Assembly (NCBI GenBank): GCA_002633005.1
Contig: NMRA01000151.1
Coordinates: 243,613 to 307,612, forward strand
Direction of reading: 5' to 3'
Source: Phoronis australis
Lineage: Eukaryota; Animalia; Phoronida
DNA: 64,000 bases
The stretch's first letter is position 1; every line of letters begins with the position of its first letter. The translations under genes were made by a program, and so were the position numbers. Positions 12,421 through 24,899 of this stretch are shown here, piece after piece. The notes beneath the pieces were generated by a model. The model did not search any database, was not told where the DNA came from, and worked only from the letters and a program-made list of their open reading frames with translations.

Positions 12421-12737
12421 ATCTTCAAGAAGTTGATAACCTCGACTTTGATTCAGGAGTTCAGTCGCCTGCAGTTGGTGGCCTTTCTCCTCGCTTCAGT
12501 GCGCAGTCGCTCAGCATAGGCAGCCAGTCTCCTGGTGCTCGCTCTCTCAATACCAGTGGACAGTTGCCTGGCAATGTACGTGCTGGTAATCAATCCACTG
12601 ACTCAAGTGGACTGCCTCAGGCTACTGGTGTTCCCACAGCTCCAAGGATCAGGCATGATTCAGACGAATACGTGTTGATGAATGCCCCAGATATAAATGT
12701 CTCTGGTCAGATTAACTCCCAGGATGAAGATATGCCA
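12421..12737 (+). CDS. RBCK1: HOIL-1L exon 4 (Ser/Gly/Pro-rich linker); alternative in-frame acceptor at 12457
   Basis: Open phase 1 to 0 exon between ttgcag (12420) and gtaagt (12738). It is needed to restore frame between the UBL and NZF exons. Confidence 0.75.
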
Positions 12738-12756
12738 GTAAGTATCCACTTAGAGG

Positions 12757-12940
12757 AGGCAGTGTGGCCTTGTGGGATAAGTACCTATTGATTTTACTGA
12801 AGGTCATGGGTTCGAGACTTATTGTAGCACATTTCTAGACTCTTGTGTCGGGTCTTTTGCTCCTCAACTGGGTTTTAACTATATTGATAGAATGGTTCCA
12901 AGTGATCAGTGCAATGAGCCCATCTGAGCAACCTGTCCAT
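12757..12940 (+). mobile_element. Degenerate tRNA-derived SINE-like sequence
   Basis: Box-A-like tggccttgtgg and box-B-like ggttcgagac at tRNA-like spacing; no cloverleaf. Confidence 0.4.
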
Positions 12941-13486
12941 GTTTTGTATGTGTTGTACTAGACCGCCTGTAGTAGCCACTTGCCCTGAGGTCCAGGTTTT
13001 TAATATCTATTTACATGTCCAACCTGTTGCCTATTTACCTTGGCACGATGTTTCAGTCTGTCACTTCTGCGGCTGTCTTCAGGTGTTAAAAGCGTTCTTA
13101 GAAGAACAAGCACTGGTGTATGGTAAACTCATGGTGGTCGGCGATGAGCACTTTTTTTCTTTTTCTTGGCGTAGCTAGGATTGAACTTTGAGGGAAATTT
13201 GCTATACTTATATCTCCCTTGAAGTGGTAGCCTGGTGTCACTTTGTTGCTTGCTGGGCTGACTGAAGACATTGCCGTGTAGTTTCATATGCATGGGTTCC
13301 TTGGTCTTTTTTTTTGGTCCAACCTGTTTCACTGTCACGTATCCAGATGCTATTCTGATTGCAGGAACGTGATTGCTAATGTCAAGGTGATCCCTACAAC
13401 AATCCATTAGTCAGACATGGCTGTTTGTGTATGTACTACAATCTGACGAGCAAGCCTGTTAGTAAATTGGCTGTTATCTGTTGTAG

Positions 13487-13660
13487 GTTGGTTGGCAGTG
13501 TCAGACGTGTACCTTCATCAACCTACCCACCAGACCTGGCTGTGCCATGTGTTCAGCTGCGTGTCCTGAAGACTACGAGCCTCCGGACAATTACCGGCGT
13601 ACTGCTGAAGAAGAGAGACTCCTACTTCAACTGAGAGCTGAAGAAGAGCAGGCTGTATTA
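13487..13660 (+). CDS. RBCK1: HOIL-1L exon 5 (NZF zinc finger and NZF tail)
   Basis: [46 protein letters not shown], closely matching the HOIL-1L NZF (GWQC..CTFIN.PTRPGC.MC). Confidence 0.96.
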
Positions 13661-14111
13661 GTGAGTATACACTATATCAGAGGGGTATGGTTTGACCTGG
13701 CAGGTTTCAATAATACAAATTTTGTTAGGTGTACTAATTGTGTAATTTTGTTGAAATGAACAAGAGTATGTTGATTACAGACAACAATAATCTAGATAAC
13801 AATGATGTTTCAGATGTTTATTATAGTCATCATGGTCAGCATGACTATCATGATCATCTTACAATGACTTTCAGTCATGAATTTCCCTTGTTTTCCTGGT
13901 ATACCCTTTGTTTATCATGTTCTTGTGGCAATGTTACCATCATTCCCTTGGGTCCTTTCTTTCCTCAAAAATTTCTTTACAAAATCCTTTTGGCACAAAG
14001 CATAAGCACTCATATTGTGGGGCCCATGAAACTGGATACTGAAAACCAAGATAATGTGAAAATCACCCCACTACCAGCCTTTTTTGAGTTGTGCTATAAT
14101 TCCTGTTGTAG

Positions 14112-14324
14112 GCGACCAGAGGTGGGCCCCAAGGTGATCAGTTGCGTACAAATGATGGTAATTCTGCTCAAGATCGTGATTATTTGGTCTTGCCTGGCAG
14201 TGATGGCAAAGAAACTGTCTATCCGGCAAAAGATATCGATCCGTTGGTGTTTCATGACTTGCTGGAGTTCGGATTCGATGAACAAAAGGAGAGACACGAT
14301 GAAAAAGCAAAAAATCAAAGTTAA
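14112..14324 (+). CDS. Candidate alternative terminal exon of HOIL-1 giving an RBR-less short isoform
   Basis: Acceptor ttcctgttgtag at 14111. Phase 0, in frame with the NZF exon, 70 open codons to TAA, AATAAA at 14396-14401. Confidence 0.55.
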   Translation, partial: ATRGGPQGDQLRTNDGNSAQDRDYLVLPGSDGKETVYPAKDIDPLVFHDLLEFGFDEQKERHDEKAKNQS

Positions 14325-16124
14325 TTAGACTTTACCTCTGACTAGAATATTTTTTCAAGGCTGTTGAGTATCAGGCGAGGAATCAACAATTTGTCAATAA
14401 AATGTTAGTGCTGGTTATTCAGTTAATGTGATATCTCAATTACCAAAGGTTGGATTTTGAGATGTGAATCATCACCAGTCAGTTTTTGAGATTTTTATGT
14501 TTATGCAAGAAAAGACATTCAAGTAATTTATGGTAAAAAATCTTCAGTTTTGGACACAATATGTGTGATGTGCAATTTCATTTTGTCAAATTTCTCTGCA
14601 CAAATAACTTTCCTTAAAACTTTACTTTTCTTTTAACTTGGCTTTTATGGTTTAGGTAGTGCCAAACAACATTTGGTAAAATTTTGAGCATTTACAGCAA
14701 TGCGGCAAACATTTGAAAAATAGAAGTATAGCAATTTTTAGCAATTATTTTGTCCTTAATTGGAGAATTTTTACCTCACTATATTAAAAAAGTAACTGTT
14801 GTGTATGTATCTTAAAAAAACTGTGTCCAGAATTGTTCCTTTGAGGTACCAAGGGGTTGCATGTATAGATCTGCCAGTACCAACAAGTTTTTCACGCATA
14901 ACTGAAAGGTCACAACCAGGAAATAAAGACTGTAATGTTTGTTTGCTTGATATCTCAAGAATTAGCAACAAAATTCAGTTGAGTCAATTTCGGGCTATTT
15001 CAATTGTGATGACATTGAGGGAGTGTTTATGGTTACTGTCTAACAAAAATATGGAAGAATACTGAGTTTGTAAAGTTTAAGTGGTGTGGCTGTTTTACCA
15101 GTTGGTTGTGGTAAACTCGTTCTTTTCTTCAGATTTCCACACTCTCAAAATTTGTTACTGAGGCACAGGGACCTAAACTGGAACTTTATTGATTTAGTAA
15201 AAGGTTCTTTAAAGCACATTTTATCTTTATCTATTTCTGTTTAAAAACCTTGAATAGACAATCAATGGAAAGCTTACAGCGTGCATGTAGTTACTTCAAT
15301 GACAGATTTGTCTGTAAGTTGTAAAATGCTTTTCATGTGAAACTGACTCACTGACATTCCCGTTAATGATGCGATTGGAGGGCCCCCACTATCTTGGTTG
15401 TTTACATGTGACAATTCTATACAGCACTCACAAAGCAGCAGCAGATAGGATATATTTATGAATGCTTGTCTAAGCAATGGTTTTTGACTATGAAAAACAG
15501 GTACCAGTGTGCAATAGAAACATGTCTACAAAGTGAGGTTTCCCTAGTAATAACCATATCATAAATGCATTATGTATGTTTAGACTAGAATAAATCTTTC
15601 ATAATTTTCACCAAATCTGTCTACACGAACAGCTGCAATATGCACCCACATATTATACACAAGTAGGTGAATGTCACTCTCATCTCTGTCCTATGTCCCC
15701 TTCAGCCCACTTACTGTATCTCAATAAACGAGATGTAATGATAACGTCTGTCTTAAAGAAATTGCTAATACCTGAAACCATGTACATCACCCTTTTTGGT
15801 TAGAACGCAATAGCTACTTTTGATTGTACACAATTAAGACATTTTTTTCATCCAGAGACACTTTGCGACTTTGATTGCTGCGATAATGACATGAAAATTC
15901 CACCACACAACAGCAGTAATTCGGTTGGCTGATGGCTGCAAAGAATTCAATTGAAAAGTAGTTTGCTCAAAACAGACCATCCCAATTAGCCACCTCACCT
16001 AATCGGGGGTAGTCGAAAATTACTGAGCAAACTGCGAGTCATTGGTGGAGTGACTTGTGATATTCACACGCATACACCTTAAGCTGATGGCATTGAGACG
16101 AGAGTTCCCTAACAAATGGACATA

Positions 16125-16622
16125 CCGTATTCGCCGTAATAACAGCCCATGCCCCTATAAGTGCCCCCCACGCGTTTTCAGACTTTGCTGAAATAAGCGC
16201 CCAGTCCATGAACGTGTACATGCGAACAATGACGTTCCTACAGTCCTAAAACTCGGCTACAGTAACGTCTTCAATTTATCAAAAAAAATTTTGCACGGGT
16301 CTTCTAGACCACCAGCTACGTTTGTATTTAGCCGTGACTTCACACCTCAAAGTAACGCAGCGCTTCAAAAAGAGCGCAACAGCGTTGCTACGCTCTCGCG
16401 ACGACCGTAATTTTGCCGGAAAAATTTGATTGTAATACACCACAGTTTTGTTGAAAGTCTTTCATAGATTACATATACGTCACAGAGCGTAAATTTGATG
16501 AATCTTAGCTTCCAATTTCACTTGTTTCGGAGACCGGGTTTCAACCGCCTTGGGTTATAATTAGCACCCCCCCCGAACCAAACTTTTCTAAGCGCCCTGG
16601 GCGGTTATCACGACGAATACTT
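16125..16622. mobile_element. Tc1/pogo-type MITE; related fragments at about 21400-21660 and 46245-46560
   Basis: TA|ccgtattcgccgtaat ... atcacgacgaatactt|TA termini; shared gaaacccggtctccgaaa block in the other copies. Confidence 0.7.
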
Positions 16623-16649
16623 TACCCGTTTTCTGTTCTTCACTCTTGT

Positions 16650-16852
16650 GTGCTGTCCACACACACACACAGTTATCCTTGAGCAAGTTACCCCTGAAAT
16701 AAGTCGCCGCTAGATTTGGAGGTTGTGTGGAAGCTATTTAAAGTAGTGCAACTTGCCGCCACTTGTGACTACTTACTCCATCTTATTGAGGTGGGATAAC
16801 TTGTTCTAGGGTAACTTGCTCCACTTTGTAATTCCTGTGTGGAGGAAGCCTT
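16650..16852. mobile_element. PIF/Harbinger-like MITE; second partial copy at about 23765-23890
   Basis: tccacac ... gtgtggaggaagcc ends; internal gagcaagttac repeats shared with the 23765 copy. Confidence 0.5.
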
Positions 16853-17534
16853 GGGCGAGGCGGAAGTAAGCATCAGCTGTGGTTGTTAACAGATGAGTTT
16901 CCTTTCGTGTGCCGTACTTGCATTAGGTATTCATTGTCACAATTGATTTGTTTAATATTTTTATTTTCAAGAATGCAGTTGTATTCAATACCATATTTTA
17001 TTTTCATTTGATCTTGTGTGTTCAATAAAGCATGAATGGTATAAATGAGTTATTACCTGACTAATGTTGCGAAAGATTTTAGAAATATGTCCAAACTTGC
17101 CTACTTCAGATCATCACATCTCAGAAATGAATGATTAGACTGTCACGTTCTATGCTTTACACACTTTTCTCCAAAACACTGTTAGCAATAATTGTTCTAA
17201 AATGTTCTACTTTTACATCATTGGCTGGCAAAAAGTAAGACTTGATGATTTTCATGAAAAATTCTGTGGTTTGAGAAAAATAAATAATATTTTAACTGCG
17301 TACTATTTAAGATCTCAACTTGAACATGTATATCAAATGAAGTTTCACGAAGCCAATTTCTGTAAAATTGTAGATATTTGGTCAAATGCAAAGACTTTTC
17401 AAACATGTCCTACATAACCTTAGTCATTACATCACCATCAACGTCATCACCAACACCACAACCATCGCCATTATCACCATTTGCTGGTTAATATTTATCC
17501 CTTAACTTACAAAAGGTATAACTTTTCATGATAG

Positions 17535-17716
17535 GAACAAGCCAGGCAAGCCCAAGCAAGACATATTGAGAGCTTACAGAATTTTGCTCAACTTGTGCAA
17601 GCTGAACATCAAGACCTTGTTCCAAATGTAGAAGAATTTGACTGCCCAATATGCTTTGAAATCATTGATGTAGGAGACGGTGTCGTTTTAAGGGATTGTC
17701 TGCACTCCTTTTGTCG
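17535..17716 (+). CDS. RBCK1: HOIL-1L exon 6 (RING1 start)
   Basis: EQARQ...QDLVPNVEEFDCPICFEIIDVGDGVVLRDCLHSFC(R); atag and gtgagt boundaries. Confidence 0.95.
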
Positions 17717-17970
17717 GTGAGTGGAATTGAACTTTTGCACAGACTAGATGTAAAACTTGTCTGTACAGAAGTTATCAAACCAGCTTAGGGATTTGCATTA
17801 ATGTACAAGACAGTATAATTTTAATGTGACTATTGCATGTATAAGCAAACAGCGTATGGAGACCATGTGTCTTTGTGATTTTGTTTAAATATCACAAAGA
17901 AGTATATGCAAACACTATATTTCAATAATAGCCTTTCAAGCAATGCGACATGTTTCAGTTTTATCATTAA

Positions 17971-19260
17971 AAGGATACCAAACACAGTTTTGACCTTTCA
18001 GCAGATATTAAAAACGACTTTCCCATCCAGTTCTCTGAAACAAAACAATGCTAACACCTTCGACAACCCCCAAATGTTTGGAAGAAAATTTGAAAACTCC
18101 TTTCAAAGTCTACTAAATGGGCAAACATGACCTACGCTTTTAGCAAAATTACATGGCAACTGTGTGAAAAGACCACCTACCAAGAATGATAATGTCCAAT
18201 TTGTGACACAGGGAGCATGAGTTTTTAGTTTATTCCTGCCTTTAACTTTGAAGATTGACACCAATGGTGCATTAGCAGGTGACAGAATGGGATTGGTGGA
18301 AATCATCAAAACAGAGTATAATATAGTACCTCAATGGAATGCCTATGCTGTTTGCACTGGATGGTGACCCGAGTTCCCAAACTGCTTATATCTAGCCATG
18401 TGACTCCCTCGCCACGCACTTAGCATCTTCTTAATAGCTCCACAATGTGGCCCACCGGCCTGACCACTGGACAACGAACTGTCCTCCCCACTGGGTGTTG
18501 AACTTGGCCTGTATTGACTCCCACTACTCAACATCGCTGTAGGGCTTCTTACAGGCTCTGGGCTGGAGACATCAGCACAGGGCGTAGTTCCCGGAATTGC
18601 ATGCTCTGGTGTACGTTCAGAGGCACTGGTGACAGTAGATGAAGTGCCTCCAGTCACTGTAGAGGCCACAGCTCGCGAGGCTACTCGCTTCAAAAATGCA
18701 CTTCTCGGGGGTAGCAACGGGGCACTACCGGGAGTCAACACTGACAGTATGGCACCCTTCTTCATGCATTGTTTTGCAGGAACCTTCATCAATTTTGCAT
18801 ACATATCTCTTTAATAATCCAATGGCAGAAAATGCTTGCCACACACTCGGTAATTCTCCATTGTTTTGTACATTGCTTGGACGGTAATGCTGCATTCTTC
18901 ACAAATGGGCCAAGTATGGCAGAGGGTGTCGTCTTCCGGAAAGCAGTGTAGTGCCATACCCAAAGAACGCACCCCGATATGCAGAACTGTGCTGCATGTT
19001 GAATGACTCGTAAACAAATGCAAATGACAGCCAAACTGATCTCAACCGAGGTAAAATAATGAGTGACTCGACAGGTCACACAGTCAGACTACATGAAAAC
19101 GAAATGGGCGGGAAATTCGTAACCCCCTAAATGTCACTTCCGAAGTAAGGCACTACTAGTTAAAAAAATATGGGAAGCCATTATTAACTGAAACAAATGT
19201 CTGGGATAATCAACGAACCATATTTTTACTAAAAATGGCATGAAAAAAGGTTTTCTTCTC
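17971..19260 (-). mobile_element. Kolobok-like DNA transposon relic with a decayed THAP domain
   Basis: TTAA|aaggatacc terminus, also found inverted at about 31330-31568. The minus strand at 18740-18985 gives FCISGC...LHCFPEDD...W...YRVCGKHF...KKGAILSV with frameshifts. A related copy lies at about 57000-57300. Confidence 0.6.
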
Positions 19261-19909
19261 CTTCAACCCAAATACCTCTCATTTACCAACTTGACTTCTT
19301 CATCAAAACACTGCCATCTCTGGTGCAAGTGATCAACTACAATGTTCATAATGTGTCACATGAGTTTGCACAGCAAGTAGTTATCTTGAGTAATAAAATG
19401 TGATTTGCCATTCAACCACTATGGGATCCGTTGTATCATTTGAAGCTATATTATGCTCTCTTATACAGTTTCAAAATAAGATGATTGTATAGTCATGTCA
19501 GTGATTGTGATGAATGCTGCACATTGCTTTTTATAACATTGAAACAGCACAAGATATTTGATATGCTAATTTGATTAGAGTGTTAGTCAAACACAAGGGT
19601 CATCATAATCCACTTTTGAACTGTGTTCTAGTACAAATGTGAGATGTTACAATTTTTTAAGTTAAAAGTTCACCATCCTGTAGGTACAACAATTGACCCA
19701 TTGCAGGTTCCTCCCCCTTGAGAAAATTCACTTGGGAGTGACACCCGAGAAGCAGACAATAAGTTTTACCCGACGTCTTGTTTGTTGGGTAAAATGGATG
19801 CTTGAAAACAAACGTGTGTCAAGAATGCTGCATTCTGATTGGTCAGTTAAGTCATCACTCAAAATCTTGGCAATGCATCAATTAGTGATAATAACCCCTT
19901 GGTTTCTAG

Positions 19910-20021
19910 GGACTGTTTGGCAGATTCTATCAAGTACTGTGAAGAACCAGCCGTAAAGTGCCCGTTCAATGACGGTGATGTTACGTGCTCAGAGCTACTA
20001 CAGGAAAGAGAGATTAAAGCA
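19910..20021 (+). CDS. RBCK1: HOIL-1L exon 7 (RING1 end)
   Basis: DCLADSIKYCEEPAVKCPFNDGDVTCSELLQEREIKA; ttctag and gtaagt boundaries. Confidence 0.95.
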
Positions 20022-20390
20022 GTAAGTTTACTATTTTAATGTATCTAACTATGTTTGTTACCATGCATCACATTTGTTCAATTCATTTTCCTAAAGTATT
20101 GGCATTTTACCAGTGATACCATGGTTTTCAGATTCTTGGTAAGCACAGAAAAGAAACGTACTGTGTCAACAACTAAATGATGCTTGAACGTTTGTAGTCA
20201 TATGGCTGTGTTTTTGCAAAGCAATCTGACTTAATAAAGATTGCCATAACTCCTATACTTGCATTGCTCCATTTAGTGGGATAGTAATCATCCCTTGTAT
20301 CAGCACTATATGCAATGCACATGATGGGCACGTATCACCGCTCCGCGTTGCTCTCGTTCTAGAAGGTTGACTTCTCCAATCTACTTGCAG

Positions 20391-20669
20391 TTAGTATCGC
20401 CAGAAATCTATCAGAAGTACCTCCAGCGAGGCTTATCAACTGCCGAGAACCAAGCAGAGAACAGCTACCACTGCAAGACAGCCAATTGTGTAGGATGGTG
20501 CATCTATGAGGAAGAGGTGAACACATTCCGGTGCCCTGTCTGTGGCAAAAGCAACTGCCTGACATGCAAGGCAATACATGAGGGCCAGAACTGCAAACAG
20601 TATCAAGAGGATCTGGTTATCAGAGCTGCAAACAACGTGGCTGCAAGGCAGACGAAAGAGATGTTAGAG
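20391..20669 (+). CDS. RBCK1: HOIL-1L exon 8 (IBR)
   Basis: [51 protein letters not shown] is the HOIL-1L IBR. Confidence 0.97.
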
Positions 20670-21986
20670 GTAACTTGAAAATGAGATAAAGGCAAATATT
20701 GTGACCTGTTGTCTAACTTTGTGTGCACCAAGTGCTTCAAACATGAACTAAAACTTGTAGGCTGCATTTTTGATAATTAATCAACATTGTTTAAACTTAA
20801 AACTTGGTGTCTTACCTTTGATGGTTTTTAATTGTTGAATTACTTACTAACTAAAGGTGATAAGGGTAACATGAGTGTGTCAACATGATGATCGACTGTT
20901 GACTGTGAAGAACTAGTTTAAGGTTCATTTTTTGATTGTTGTAAACGACAGATGATACTGCTATTTTCATATTGATCGATCCTAATAGTCACCAGAAGAG
21001 CTAAGACCATGATTCTGCTACACCCTGACAGGGACACTCAGTGTTATAGAGATACTGCGGGAAAGTTGCTTCTGAGATGCATACATTTTTCAATTTTTGT
21101 GTTATCTAGAATTGGGTCGCTTTTTCACAATTTTGATGTAAATTTAGGGTGTCCGTTCACACTAAGTGGGTAAAAAATAGGATAGATCGCTATTTGTGCT
21201 TGATGTTACTTTTAATTTCAATGGTCTTATAATACTCTGCGTCGGAAACAGTGATCTGCGTTTAAGGCCTTAAGATTGGTTTGTTTCAAAAATAGGAAAA
21301 TTGTATTTTTTCGTAGTGAAAGAATTTGTTTTGATGATCAATCAAAACACTTTTACCATATTCGCCCTAATAAGTGCCAATAGTGCTTAGAAAAATTTGC
21401 TTCAGGGGGTGCTTATTATAGCCTAAGGTGTTTGAAACCCGGTCTCCGAAATGGGTGAAATCATAAGCTAGGATTCATCAAAGTTATGCTCTGTTATCCT
21501 CCTGTAAGCTATGACAGACTTTCTACAAAACTCTTTTGCATTGCTATCAAACTTCGTTGTTAAATTACGATCATTTTTCAGAAAATTGTGCTGAAATCCC
21601 ATGGCGAAAACTCGCGGACTGATGCGTTGCTGCCTCGCGATCGCCAATAGGTCTACTTGAATTCTTGAATAAAAATACAGTTTCAACTCAACAGAAAAAT
21701 ACAATGTGAAACACTCTTTGATAGAAAGAAGAGGGAACTAACAGATCTTTAAACCTTAAAAAGTTGACAAATCCACCTCTTTAGGTTAGCAACTAATAGT
21801 TAACCTTAAGTTTATAGGTAATGTTTATTTGGCGGAAAGAACACACCAATGAAAGGGATGGTTTTTTGGACCACTTACTGTATGATAACAAGGAATTTAT
21901 AGAATAATGCTCTGGATGATAATTTGGAAATTTCATTCAGGTGTTGTAGAATGTGGTCAGTCTAAAGTTAAGTTGTTTTGTTACAG

Positions 21987-22130
21987 GCACTGGTGCAGAG
22001 TGGAGAAGCTATGAAATGTCCAAAATGCAATATCATCGTTCAGAAGAAAGAGGGCTGTGATTGGTTGAAATGTACCATGTGCAAAACAGAGATTTGCTGG
22101 GTGACGAAACAAGCTCGTTGGGGGCCTAAG
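21987..22130 (+). CDS. RBCK1: HOIL-1L exon 9 (RING2 with catalytic Cys)
   Basis: [43 protein letters not shown] contains the HOIL-specific GCDW motif. Confidence 0.97.
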
Positions 22131-23553
22131 GTACCTTTTAAGCTGTTGCCTTTGACTTTGACTTTCATGTTGCGCACAGTACAATTTCCATGCTTGTTAC
22201 ATTAAAGTTTCATTGGAATCTTTCAGAGCAAAACTTCTTGTGAAAATTTGACAAAAATAGGTGTAACTCGATGTGCAAAACGAACTTTATTTATTCTCTC
22301 GCCTCAGCTGTTTTGTATTATTTTTATTTGAAGAATCACACTGAGGCTGTTCACCATTGAAATGTGATTTTGATCATTGTGTGATGATTAAAATTAAACA
22401 CTGTCTTAATTTTATAATATGATAGAGGGATTTTTTAATGCTGTGATCACTGATTACCAAGTAGGATGTGCTGCTGCTGTCTTTTCGATTTTGAGCAAAA
22501 CTAATAAAGTCCATTTTCAAAGGCTTATTGCATGTATGTTATAGATAGATCTTTGGTAATAATGAAGAAAAGCTAAATTCTTTTCTTAGTTGAGAAATCC
22601 CTGGGTACGACGGAGTATGTTCTGTTGAAATGGGTTCTGTTTTTGTCACTGAAATGGGTTTTGAGTTATGTATTGAAATGAGTGTATATTTCTAAGAGTT
22701 TTCGTATTGATATGAATGTTTTTTTCTCGTGATGGGTACACTTATTACAGACTTTTTTCTGAAGAAATCCCAGGGCAAAAACACTGACAAAATGTTATGT
22801 TCCACTTTTTATGCGCCTACATATTTGTATGTGGATGTATATTGCCGCCATCTCTGTCTGTCTGGGCGTCCAGCTTCCGCAGGTGTATCTCCTAAACCCT
22901 CACAGCATCTTGATGAGATGGAAAATGTGTTCCTATGAAGCTGACGGATGACGATGAATTTTGGACAAACCAGGCTACTGCTGTGCCCCCTGGTGGCAAT
23001 TTCATTTTTTTACGTTCGCCTCAGTCTCTATCTTCAATTCAACGGATTTTCTTGAATTTGGTACATAGGCATCTTTTAATGAGACGACGATATCCTCCCG
23101 TTTTTGGATGGATTCGATGTATTTTGCGCCACCTAGTGACCATTTTCAATATTTTTGAGTCTGTTTTTGGGCATCCGCCCCACCATCAACCAAACTGCTC
23201 TAACGAAAATTGTCATGTATGTTCTTACTGTGAAGAGGGCGGCTAGCCATGATTTTCCGACAACTTCGACTACTGTGTCACCTCCTAGTGGCAGTTTTGT
23301 TTGATTTTGTGCCTATGACTATATCTCGTAAACACTGTGCAGGATCTTTATTAAATTTAGCAAGTATATATATACGAAATTGACAGCAGATGACAACAAC
23401 TTTCGATAGATCGGACTACCAGTCTGTCCCTTAGTGGCAATTTTAATTTTTTATGTTTACCCAGGCTGTTTACATGTTAAAAGATCCTCAATGGATTTTC
23501 ATAAAATTCACTTCACAACAGTGAGATAATTATTGATCTGTCAAGGGTTCTCG

Positions 23554-23733
23554 ACAGCTTATTATTTAAAATGACTTATTGTTATTAAAAGGACATAGGC
23601 AAAAAATTGAATTTCAGGCCTCAAAAGCAGGGCCTCCTTTATTAATAAAGGGGGCCTCGCTTTTGAGGCCTGAAATTCAATTTTTTGCCTATGTCATTTT
23701 AATAAGAATAAGTCATTTTAAATAATAAGCTGT
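23554..23733. repeat. Near-perfect 180 bp spacer-less palindrome
   Basis: acagcttattatttaaaatgacttatt ... ctttatt|aataaag ... aataagtcattttaaataataagctgt, centred at 23643/23644. Confidence 0.9.
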
Positions 23734-24067
23734 TTCTCTCTCTAATAGACAACAAAATTTTGTGTCCTCCACACACAGACTTACCCTAGAGCAAGTTACT
23801 CGAGAAATGAGTTTTCGCTAAGTTTGGAAGCTGTGTGGACGTTACTTAAACTAGTGTAACTTACCCCACTTATGACAACTTACTCCACCATTATTAAATA
23901 TATTGTCAAACAATTTGTAGGATTACAATAGCTACAAGTTAGTAACTGGAGTCTTTTTTCATACGGTCACTTTGACATCAAGTTAAAAAATTAATGGCAC
24001 TTTTAAATTACTGTTTCACTCATCTTGTGATGATAATTTCATCAATGGTTGTCATCTGTTATTTCAG

Positions 24068-24148
24068 GGAAATGGTGACACCTCAGGAGGATGTCGTTGC
24101 CGTGTCAACGGAACACTGTGCCATCCAAACTGTGGCAACTGTCATTAG
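24068..24148 (+). CDS. RBCK1: HOIL-1L last exon
   Basis: [26 protein letters not shown] matches the HOIL-1L C-terminus ([23 protein letters not shown]). The spliced CDS totals 1800 nt. Confidence 0.97.
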   Translation, partial: GNGDTSGGCRCRVNGTLCHPNCGNCH

Positions 24149-24871
24149 TCTCTAAGTTTTAATATGCTAATTTATACGGGACTGTTCCTTTGGTTTGGTT
24201 GTATCAGGTCACTTTGTTTTGCTGTGCTGAACTGTTCTTGGAAGATGTTATTGCTTTTTTTAAATATACCACATCCAGTTTCCCAAAGTTTTTATTCATA
24301 ATTTCAGCAATAAGTCGCTTCATAATCCAAATTCAGAAAGTCAGATTTTTATGTGTAGTGAAACAAACACACAGATTTTGATCTTGTTTGATGGAACTAA
24401 AAACACAACTTTGCAATTATTACCCTTGCATAGGCAGGCTGACTTGATAGACAGTCTGTCGTAGTTTCACATTATTGTTATACTCATTCCTAAGTTGACT
24501 TGACTCCTGATGGTCAGACTGTGCTCATCTGGGAGGCTCAACTTCCATTTACAAACAGATACATTTATTTAATAACTTGCCAAAAAGCAGTGTGTGAACA
24601 TTGTCCGAGATGTACATTCCTGGAAAACTAGATTTTTTCAAAATTATTTTAACTATTTTAATCTTTAACTAATGCAAATTCATTGAATTACATTTGTGGC
24701 AACATTTGTCTCATAACTTCAAACCCCAGAATACAACCTCACTTTAAACCATGCAGTCACAATTATTAGTAGTCATGTTGTTCATCCAACTTTTCATTGT
24801 GTGTTATAGCAATACTTAGTGAGTTTGAATGGCACCTTCCAATGTGTTTAACTTGGCTGTAGCTTTGTAGC

Positions 24872-24899
24872 AATAAAAAATGATTGCTTGTAAAATAAA
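24872..24899 (+). terminator. Probable HOIL-1 polyadenylation signals
   Basis: Two AATAAA hexamers about 730 nt after the stop codon. Confidence 0.5.

Noticed and set aside
12757-12840. Possible tRNA gene
   Set aside because: A and B boxes are present, but there is no acceptor stem or cloverleaf; better explained as a SINE.
13738-14328. 196-aa ORF inside a HOIL-1 intron
   Set aside because: Low-complexity start and no domain; it overlaps the candidate alternative exon in a different frame.
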